Source: Podarcis liolepis
Lineage: Eukaryota
Length of the DNA stretch: 64,000 nucleotides
Direction: 5' to 3' (one strand)
Assembly (NCBI GenBank): GCA_965112155.1
Contig: OZ218101.1
Shown here: positions 51,220-61,438 of the stretch, piece after piece
How positions within the stretch are numbered: the stretch's first letter is position 1
How the letters are laid out: each line of letters opens with the position of its first letter
Program-made: the position numbers and the translations under genes
The notes under the pieces: generated by a model
What the model saw: only the letters and a program-made list of their open reading frames with translations
The model's database searches: none
What the model was told of the DNA's origin: nothing

Positions 51220-52300
51220 TGTTGTGGGGCTTGGGGAATTCATTGTTGAAGCAGACAGGCCAGTTTGTTGGTAATGGCCCCGAGTGCAGGTGGTTAGTAT
51301 AAGAAAGTAAGTTGCTTTGTGCTGGGTGGCAAATGGGTGGGACCCCCTCCCTCAACTGGCTGGTAGAGGAAAGAACAATAGCCAGAATGGAGTGTGAGAG
51401 AGAGCTGAGATAGAAGCAGGCAGAAACCAGAGATTGAGAGTCATGCTTGATTTCTGCTTGAATCTAAGGCTATAGCTATGGGAGAAGCAAGACCGCCTTG
51501 GGATGTTAATGCTGTGAGCCCCTCCATCATAAGCTCATGTCGTCTATATGTGTAAATAAACCACGTATCATAAGGACATCACAGTCTCCATGTGGAGTGT
51601 GAAACACAGAGCAGTCAAATACAACATTCCTAGAGTGGACATGTTTAGACATGAAGAGGGATGTTTGTCCAACCAGTAGATAAGCTTCCTCTACATGTGA
51701 CCAGATGTGGACATGACCTCACCTGTGCAGGTAACAAAAGCACAGGGCTGGCCACCACATCTCTCTCTTCTCCATTTTGCTTTCATCGAAGAAGCATCAG
51801 CCTGTGATGCTCTCTTGGCTTCTAGAGAAGAGAGGACAAAGAAACAATCTCCTTATGGGATAGATTCCAGGTGTATATATTTTGTAACTTATGTATGCCT
51901 TCTGGGATCCATCTGTGAACAGAATGTGTGAGTAAACTATTTTATACTTTTATACAAGACTGTGTCATGTCTATTCTTTTTAAGAGGGAATATAAGGGGA
52001 ATTATCAGGAAACTTATTTTAGAGGCTTATGCAAGTCTGGCAAACCTACCAGCTGTGTAAGTTTAAAAAGGGGGGAATGTTACTCTGCTAAATCATAGAA
52101 CTTGTTAACGCAAGTTGGAAAGGATATTATTAAACAATATATCCTCTCCTGCCTCCCTGAACATTCCCACACTCCACAGTCTCTCATTCCAAGGAAAATG
52201 AACCCTGGGTAAGCATCTGGAACTCCTGGAATCTCACACAATTCAGAGATGGGGATCCCTGGAATTTTACACCACTCGGATATTTGGGTGGCATGCAACA
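51220..52300 (+). mobile_element. Solo LTR interrupted by a second LTR-like element
   Basis: TGTTG...CAACA ends; the halves on either side of 51591-52178 join to match 2945-3132. Confidence 0.65.
51591..52178 (+). mobile_element. Nested LTR-like element (588 bp)
   Basis: Perfect 11-bp terminal inverted repeat TGTGGAGTGTG / CACACTCCACA with TG...CA ends. Confidence 0.65.
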
Positions 52301-54693
52301 AGATTTAATGCAATCTTCCCTTTTTATAAGACAAATATGAATCTAGCTGACTCAGAATCTAAATTCCAAAATCACCAGTCTTCTCAGAGCTGATACCTTA
52401 CTTCCTTCATGAAGGAATATATGGAATATTATTGGCTGTTGGCTTTTTGGATCAATATATTGCCATGTTGCACTAAATTAAAAATGTTGGGAAAGAACTA
52501 TATGCTAGGATATAGCATAGGATTTCACCATTTCGATGGAAAACACCTGTGATTTTCCATGTTAACCAGATTGTTTCTAGAACAAATTCCACCTACCATT
52601 TCCCCAGAAATGAGTGCTAAATTTCTACTAGATTTAAGTAGATTCCCAGAAGTGACTTTTATGTGAAATTGGCTTGCTGTGTGAAAGGTCACAGAAAATA
52701 CAGAAATCATCAGGTAAGGAAATGTCAGGAAAATGAAATAAAGTGCTGTGTAAATGCACCCTTACAAAAATGATCAAGTTCAGCACCAAATGATTAAGTA
52801 AATCCAAGAAAGCTGATGTGGGACAAGGACTATTGATATGAGTCAAATGTTTCTTCCGGTCAAAGGCAAACTGAAAAGTCAAAAGAAGTAAAAGAAAAGT
52901 TACAGTGCTATGTGTTTATGACACCGTGTATAACGATAACTGATTTTAACAAAGCCAAGGTACAATGATTTCCAATGCTGTATTAGTGAGAGAGAAATAA
53001 TGATAAAAAATGCTGCCGGATTTGCAGAATTGATTCCTGTTTTCTAATCAGCCTTGGAAGGAGAGTCCCATTGCCTCTCATAGAAAGGAAACCATAGAGA
53101 GTGGCGAATTTCTATATTTATTACCCAGTTAAAGCATTTATAAACGGCTTAATTTCTTTTTAAGAAAATGCAACATAAAACAGTAAAACAGTAGTACAAA
53201 AGCATATAAAGGTATATAATCCAAATAAAATGAGAAATTCGGGGAATCCGTACAGACAAAAAGAAAACAAACTTATGGGTCAGCAAAAGACTAGGCAAAA
53301 AAATGTGTTTCTTTACAAGATACCTGAAACCGCAGGTTGAAGGGGACTTGAGGAATATCAAATAATATTGTTTTCCTGGGAGACATAACTGCTAAAGGGC
53401 CTTATTTTGCTATTGTAATCAAGATGCTATTTTAGATGAATGAATACAGTTTGAAACATTCATAACTTTTACGAACTTGCTGTCGATAGCGTATAAAGCT
53501 ACTTCCATCTCCTTGTCTCCAGAGGGGAAATTAGCTTCTTTTGAGTATTTGTTTGAGTTATATAACTACTTTGAAAAGTTTATTGAGATGTATAACTGAC
53601 TGATATGCTGACCCCTGCAGTTAAATAGAATTAATACATTGAACTGCCTTTCACATTTCCTCATGCCTCATGATACTGACTATTTGCACTCTGCTGGAGC
53701 TCTGGGTGGTGAAAATGAAACTAGCTCAAAAAGCCATTAAACCATTGTGTTAATTTAATTATATTTTAATTAATTCTTTGAAAACATCCATACTGAAAGG
53801 GTGTGTGTGTGTGTTGTGTTTCTGGGTGAATTTAGAGGGAAATGAAGTACACAGTGAATAGAGAGAGTTAAATACCTGAAGGAAAAAAACAGTGCCCAAT
53901 TTATAAATTAATATATTTAATAAATTTCTTTTCTTTTCAGGGAGTTGGGGATTAAACATTTAAATAGGTAACAAATCAGAGGTGGGCCAAAAGAAGGCTT
54001 CCCCTATTTTCCTCCACAGTCACATTTTGGTTCTATTTCAGGGGACTTGGTCCAATTAGTTCCTGAAATGGTTTTAGAGGACAGCGGAGGGAACACTGGC
54101 ATCATTTCCAGAGACACTCTGGAAAGGAAGCCTAGTGCTAATAGTGACCAGAGCTTTTCTGGTAATGTTGCTCTGCCAACAACACTGCAAAGCATGTGGC
54201 TTAAAAAAAAAAGTTTAAAGATAAGGTGTAAATATAAAAAAGCAAGATGAAACATACACCTGCAAATTGCAATCCCTCCCACTTCACTGTTAAATCATCC
54301 CAGTCCCTGTGTTTCATCAGGTATGTGGCCAAAATCCATACACACACCCATGGGGGGGGGGGTTACGTGCACATTTAATTAATTACAAGTAATTACATGC
54401 ACATTTTCAGTATATATCTTGAGAAGCCTTTTTTATTTTAAAAAAGTAGATTAATGAAGAAATGGAAGAGAGTAGAATTATGGGAGAAAAGCATGCAAAT
54501 GTGAAATGGCTCAGAAATACGTACCTTAGCCCATCCTTAATGTAAAATGGTCCTTTCTTCACTATGTATGTTCACACAGGTTATTGCATGAAGACCACTC
54601 AAGTATTTCCTTTTTGTAGACATGTGCTGTTTCTAATGCTCTCAAAGGGAAAACAGGAAGTTAAAGTAAGTACACACTTCGTCTTGGCAATTT

Positions 54694-56711
54694 TTTTTTT
54701 CTTTTTTTTTTCATGCATAATTTTTATTAAGTTTTCAAAAGTCAAAATACATAACAAACTTAATCAGAACTCATAACTGTTCACTTAAAGAAAAAGAAGT
54801 TGACTTCCTTCAGTCATTCCACGAGTCGTCCAAAATAACATTAAACAATGATTCCGCATTTCCTTGTTTGTAAAGCCATAAGCCACTCTTATCCATCCAT
54901 TTCCTTTTAGCTTTACCCTTTACCTTTTACAGAGCTTCTTGAAAACCTACTAGTGTTATCTGTTCATCAATTAAGCTTTTCAGATATTTCGTAAAACTTT
55001 CCCAATTTTCAACAAACCTCTGATCTTTTGTATATCTAATTTTACATGTCATCCTGTCCATCTCCACGTATTCCAATAATTTACCTCTCCATTCCTCCAT
55101 TGTTGGAATATTCTCCTGCTTCCAATTTTTTGCTATTAAGACCCTTGCTGCCGTTGTTGCGTATTGGAACAATTTGTAATCTTTCTTCTTAATTTCCTTT
55201 CCTACCAAACCTAGCAAGAACGCCTCTGGTCTTTTGTTAAAGGTATATCTTAGCATTTTTTTCATTTCGTCATATATGCTCTCCCAGAACCCTGTAATCT
55301 TTGGACATTCCCACCACATATGGTAGAAGGTACCTTCCCTTATCTTGCACTTCCAGCATTTATTGCAGGATCCATACATTTTAGCTAACTTAACCGGAGT
55401 GAGGTACCAGCGATAAAACATTTTCATTAGGTTCTCCTTCAGTGACACACAGGCCGTAAATTTTAAGTGTTGTTTCCAAAGTTTTTCCCACTCTTCGTAA
55501 TAAATATTACGGCCCAGGTCTCTAGCCCAATGAGTCATTACCCCCTTAACCTCTTCATCGGCTAAGTTCCAATCTAGTAAGTGCCTGTACAATTTAGATA
55601 GTATTTTGGTGTTACTCCTCAAAATTTCAGTTTGGAATATGGAGTTTTTGTCGGCATAGCCTTTGTCTTTTACGTCTTTCCTGAACATATCATTTATTTG
55701 GTGGTAGTGTAGCCAATCATATACTTGAGATTTGACCTGATCATACGGCCTCATTTTCCATTTTCCTTCCTCCTTCATAAGTAATTGTTCGTAAGTTGCC
55801 CATTTAGTTCCCATATTAACCTTTTTGATGGCCATTACCTCTAGTGGAGATAGCCATTGGGGTGTTCTTGGTTCTAACATCTCCTTATATCTCTCCCAAA
55901 CCTCCAACAAGGGGCCCCTAAATATGTGGTTCACAAATCCTTTGTGGCCCTTCTTCCGTCCATGCCACAGGTAAGCATGCCACCCGTATCGGTTATCGTG
56001 ACCCTCCAAGTCTAGCACTTCCTCTTCTTCTAGTTTTATCCATGTCTTTATCCAGCATAAGCTGGATGCCTCATAGTATATCTTCAGATCGGGAAGGGCG
56101 AAGCCTCCTCTTTCTTTCGTATCCGTTAAAATTTTAAACTTTACTCTCGGCTTCTTCCCCTGCCAGATGAATCTAGAAATATCTTTGTGCCAGACTTTGA
56201 ATATCTTAGTACCCTTAATAATCGGGATGTTTTGAAAGAGGAATAAAACTCTTGGGAATACCGACATTTTAATTGTGGCTATTCTACCCCAAAATGACAG
56301 TTTTAACCGACCCCATGATTCTATGTCCTTCTTAACTCCTTTCCATACCGTTTCGTAATTGTTTTTGAAGAGATCTATATTTTTAGGCGTTACCCATATC
56401 CCTAAGTATTTCACTTTCTTAGTTACCTCTATTCCTGTTGCTCTTTGTAGTTCCTCAGTTTCGGCTACCTGCATGTTTTTAGCTATTATTTTTGTTTTCC
56501 TTTTATTTAATTTGAAGCCTGCGACCTCCCCGAATTGATCAAATTCTCTGAGTACCTTTTTTGTTGAGTCTAATGGTTCTTCCAATGTTACAACCAGGTC
56601 GTCTGCAAAAGCTTTGGTTTTATGCTCATGTTGGCCTATCCTGATTCCTTTGATTTCCTTATTTTCTCTTATAGTTTTTAGTAAGACTTCTAATATCATT
56701 ATAAATAACAA
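54694..56711 (-). mobile_element. L1 LINE, 5'-truncated, young
   Basis: Poly(A) tail (T-run 54691-54711), AATAAA, perfect 10-bp TSD TTGGCAATTT (54684-54693 / 56712-56721). Confidence 0.95.
54927..56711 (-). CDS. L1 ORF2 C-terminal part (RT C-terminal half with FADD and KYLG, zinc knuckle CWKC...HMWWEC); no true start
   Basis: 594 uninterrupted codons with L1 ORF2 motifs (GGFALPDLKIYY, WYLTP); begins at the truncation point, so not a functional gene. Confidence 0.9.
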   Translation of the reverse strand: MLFIMILEVLLKTIRENKEIKGIRIGQHEHKTKAFADDLVVTLEEPLDSTKKVLREFDQFGEVAGFKLNKRKTKIIAKNMQVAETEELQRATGIEVTKKVKYLGIWVTPKNIDLFKNNYETVWKGVKKDIESWGRLKLSFWGRIATIKMSVFPRVLFLFQNIPIIKGTKIFKVWHKDISRFIWQGKKPRVKFKILTDTKERGGFALPDLKIYYEASSLCWIKTWIKLEEEEVLDLEGHDNRYGWHAYLWHGRKKGHKGFVNHIFRGPLLEVWERYKEMLEPRTPQWLSPLEVMAIKKVNMGTKWATYEQLLMKEEGKWKMRPYDQVKSQVYDWLHYHQINDMFRKDVKDKGYADKNSIFQTEILRSNTKILSKLYRHLLDWNLADEEVKGVMTHWARDLGRNIYYEEWEKLWKQHLKFTACVSLKENLMKMFYRWYLTPVKLAKMYGSCNKCWKCKIREGTFYHMWWECPKITGFWESIYDEMKKMLRYTFNKRPEAFLLGLVGKEIKKKDYKLFQYATTAARVLIAKNWKQENIPTMEEWRGKLLEYVEMDRMTCKIRYTKDQRFVENWESFTKYLKSLIDEQITLVGFQEAL

Positions 56712-59456
56712 TTGGCAATTTGGTGGTGTTGGGAACCATTAATTTTCCCCACAGGAAGATAAGAGTCCCAGAAACCACCCAAACACCCTATAAGGAAGAA
56801 ACGTGAACTGTTCAACAAATTAAACAGAAGCACAGTTTTTACATCTGATGCTTATTTGGCTTTGGCCAACAGAAAACTGCCTTCTTCTTTGGATTATGGT
56901 GGGGCTATTAATTGGTGCACAAACTTGTCTGTTCGGTCCTTATATGCTTACAGATTTTATGAATGTAGATTTGAATGAGTGATTGGATACCATGCTTTTT
57001 TCATAGGGACTCCAGCTTTCTATGACTGTCCACTCTATATGCTTATAACATTTCCACAGAGCTATTTTGTGCAGCCACGCTGTGCATCACAATGACAACC
57101 ATGAAGTTTTCAAAGGATGTCACAACATTGCCCACTAATCTCATTTTAACCAAGCAATAGTAGAATACTGAGGGGCTGCTTTAAAAATAGAAGCACAGGG
57201 TTGAGGAGCATATTTGTGAAGTACCATAATCTATGACATCTCACTGCAATAGCAATTCTCTCTAAAATGTAAGCTATGGGCACTTTTTTGTGTGGGTGGG
57301 AGAGATCTCCCCTCCAGCTAAGTACAATGAAATTATATACAATTGGTGATGACAGAGAGGTGAAGGGGCTTAATATTCTGCTGTACTTTGGGTGCATATG
57401 ATAAATTAGTCTGTCAGCTTTCATAATAGGTGATCTCCTTTAGGATTACAGCTGTTTTATTTGAACTTCAAGTACCCTCAAAGATTAGAGAACCTTGCTG
57501 TACAGAATCAGGGAAGATTGCATAACAAATTAACACACCTAAACCTTCTGGGCATGATTTTTGTCTCACAGGGCTCTGATGCTCATGCAAGATTTGACCT
57601 CATTTCTTTCAGTGCAATGTTTGTGACTGTTTATTTTTGCGCCTAAGAGCATGAAACCTTCACAGTAGAGGATAATTCCTGTATTCATGTATCCAGGTTC
57701 ACAATGTAGTCCATATATACTTAACCCAATTCCTATAGTTTGCAGACCTCCCAATGTCAAAGTTTGTCATGCAAAATATTTATTTTATAAGGTAACACTT
57801 GAATCTGTGCACAGCTATCGGACTGGTTGCCAGAAGAAAGCAAATTAGAAAATGCAATAGCTCATATCTAGTTTATTTAGGGTATGTCACACAGGGGGCC
57901 ACATATCACAAAATGGATGTAACATCAGAATTTCAGCAGTGCTATGTCTGGGATCAGATATGGATATGTTATACAGATTGTTTTCAGTGGCTGCCTCTTC
58001 TGCAAGCATAATGGTGCCTTGAGTGCTTGCAAGATCTGTGGAATATAATAAGACAGCTGCTGCAGCACAGCATGTGAGGCAATTGTGTGTTAACTGGGGG
58101 AGGGAGTGTCATGCTACTTATCCATTGCAAACAAATGCTAACAGCATCCAGAGGTGGAATCGCCAAAAGTCTTGTATCACCTTAAACAAATTTCAAAGGG
58201 CTTAAGCTTTTAGGTACTAGAGTCTACCAGTTCCTACTGCCACTAACTATAATAGAAATTGCACTCAGGCATGCCTATGATACTTTTCAAACCCTACTTA
58301 GGTTTGCGCACACCGTATGACGTGCTGACTTGTGTGCGCCATGCGACTTGCATGTGTGACACAAACATGTCATGTGGCATGCGCACATCACCATGGAATA
58401 TTAAGGGAGCTTGTTCACCTCTTTGAGAATTTTGGGGGGCCCTCAATGGCACCCCTGCCCATCACACTTATGTCAAATCCATAGACATTGGGTATTACCC
58501 CACTCTCTCCTCATGTTCATGAACATGTGAACAGAGCAATGTGACATCCCCATTGTGATCTTCTTTTGCACTGTGTGGTACAAAGGTGTTATTGCCTGTT
58601 TTGAGCTGAATCCTAACTCCATTCATTGCATATTTCTTGGTGTTCTAAGCTGATGATAATGTTCAGAATTCTACTACACTACATGTGCAATATATTCAAC
58701 ATGAGTCAAAATGAATTTTAAAAAAGTATAAAAGTCACAGAAATAATCCAAAGACGATGCAAACAGTTACTTATTCCATGGGTGAAACCTTTCAAGATTA
58801 ATTAATTAAATCCCTTGTTAATGGCATTGGTCACTGAATGTAACACCTGTCTCTTATTGCAGAGAAAAGAAGAAGAAAAAATGCATCTGAAACCTCACAC
58901 TTCGGAGCTGTGGCAAATCAAATGGCTCCCATCATAATTATATACTAACAACACATTTATGCTAATATCTAATTTTTACATGCATAATTTGATTTGCAGG
59001 TGTTGGTTTAATTCAGTTTCCTTTTGACATTGTACAAAATCAAATATAATGCATTATTTGGCCTCTGTGATCTTATTGCTTTTAATCACAGTTGGTTTTT
59101 ATTGTTTCTGATTTCAGTTCTTAAAGAGACAATTATACCAAAGAAGCATTAAATCCATGACTCAAATGTTATTAATGTTTGCATAATTTGATATAATGGA
59201 GATTTTTTCCCCCGATCTCTGTATCTCTAAAAGCAGTTTTCTGAAAGTAATGGCCCACAGAAAAAAAATAGGATATTCATATTCATGAGAGAACTGTATA
59301 CCAGAGTGTTGCCGGTTTTTGTTCATGCCAAACAAACAAGAAATATTTTTTAAAGTTATTTTCCTAATAAAACTGCTACAGCAAGACAAAGATGAGGTTC
59401 TGATTGTGGATAAAGTTCTATTTTGAGTGCACAGAGCCTTTCCTTAGATCCCAAAC

Positions 59457-60480
59457 TCAGGGATGTGTGCTAAGTCCCTTTCTCTATTCCCTGTACACAT
59501 TTGATTGCACCCCACTGTATAAGTCCAACACAATCATCAAATTTGCGGATGATACAACAGTGGTGGGGCTCATCAGTGAGAACGATGAGACTGCTTATAG
59601 GAAAGAAGTACAGGGGTTAATTCAATGGTGTAAAGAAAATAATCTTATGCTTAACACCAAAAAAACCAAAGAACTCATAATTGACTTTAGGAGAAAGAAA
59701 AGTGTATTTTTACCATTGCACATAAATGGCGAGGAAGTGGAGAGGGTTGGTAGTTTTAAATACCTGGGCATTTATATCTCGGAGGACCTCTCATAGACTG
59801 CAAATATTAATATGGTTGTGAGGAAGGTGCAGGGGAGGTTGTATTTCCTGAGAATGCTCAGGGGACTGAATCTATCCCAGCACCTACTTCTGTCCTATTA
59901 TCATAGTACCATCGAGAGTGTCTTAACCTATAGTATATTATCGTGGTATGGGAGCAGCTCTGAAACGGATAAAAAAGCTTTACAGAGAACAATTAAAATT
60001 GCCCAGAATGTTATTGGGCTCCGACTACCAACCCTGGATGAGATCTTCACGTCTCGCATCTTGAAGAAGTCACATAATATTCTGAGAGATCCCACCCACC
60101 CTGCTCACAACTTCTTTGAACTATTGCCTTCGGGCAGAAGATATAGGACAATGAAAACACGAACCACACGCCTTCTGAATAGTTTCTATCCAAGAGCTCT
60201 GATTGCACTAAATAATGATCTCAGGGCCAGTTGCAAGGTTTAGTAAGCAGGGAGTAGAAGGAATGAGATAGGTTTTAGGTTATGTTATGCCTTTAATAGG
60301 TCATGCTATATTCTGGATTATGTTATGTTTTATAGATTATGTCTAAATAGGATGAGAGTGTCGGAGATACGTGCAAATGTATATGTGAACCCGGTCTTTG
60401 GGTGGGTGTTTGATTTTCGTTGTTGTGTATACTGTGTATATACGGACAATGACAATAAATTTATCTATCTATCTATCTAT
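59457..60480 (+). mobile_element. Rex1/Babar LINE, 5'-truncated
   Basis: QGCVLSPFLYSLYT, KFADDTTVVGLI, FKYLG, RLYFLR, IESVLTY, DPTHPAH..FELLPSGRRYR, NSFYP motifs; single in-frame TAG at 59794-59796; (CTAT)n tail; imperfect TSD ATCCCAAAC/ATCCCACAC. Confidence 0.92.
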
Positions 60481-60734
60481 CGAATCCCACACAAGGGAAT
60501 TCTTCTGAGTACTATTACATTCTCAGGCTTGAAATCCATCACTGTGATTAAGAGGTCTGCATGCATTTCTGTAACATCTCTGTGCACACATCCTCAAACT
60601 TTCTGGAGAGTGTGTTGTTTATCAGCTGCATGCATGTGTCTGGATTCTGTTTAGAAATAGCATGCCAGCTGCACTGGGTGGCTCAGAAACAGTCGAAGGC
60701 TAAATGGCTAGAGCATGAGTCATCCACCTGCCTA

Positions 60735-61438
60735 TTGCGTGTTGAGGTCCCCAAGCCACCCCTAAAATAACTTACAACACACACATAATTTTTGTTTAAG
60801 GTTTTTGGCATAATTTTAGCCACAACTTTATTGAAATACATAAATGTGAGTGGTTGCTTAGGCAGTGGTTAAGGCTATCTCCCCCCCCCCCCCGCCTGGG
60901 GACAGAACTGACTTCCAGACACCAACAAAAGTCAGTAAGGGAAAACAATATTGGGGAGAAATGGAGCTGAGCTACAGGCCCTCACCTCTCCCTGCATGCT
61001 CTCCAGGACTTGCTGGCCCTAGCCCCATTCCAGGGATTCGGACGAAAAATTGGCAAGCGCCTGGATTCCTTTAACGGAATTCCCTTTCCGCAACAACCTT
61101 GGAGGGGCAGGCCCAGCCCATCCTAACCCCTCCTCCAACCAATTGATAACCAATGCCTAACTGCAACCTTACAAGTTGTGACGATTTGCTACGCAGTAGG
61201 CAAAAACCAAATGGCCCCAGCCAATCGGCCAGATGGACAAAATTCCTACCAGGCCCCTGCCCCAATGGCAGACGACCCCATGACAGGCAAAGGAAGGTCA
61301 ACGCAAAACCCATAAAATTAGGGCATGTGGGCGGGTGATCTGATGCACGCAGTAAAGAGAAAGCACCAAGCAGCGTGCACAGGATTTAAAACAACTAATC
61401 CCACCCACCAAATTGCAACATCGAATTTACCCCTGCAA
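60735..61438 (-). mobile_element. LTR-like repeat unit, copy 2 (same family as 1338-2063)
   Basis: Same ends and conserved islands as copy 1; AATAAA (minus) at 60827-60832; TTTAAA TATA-like at 61385-61390. Confidence 0.7.
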
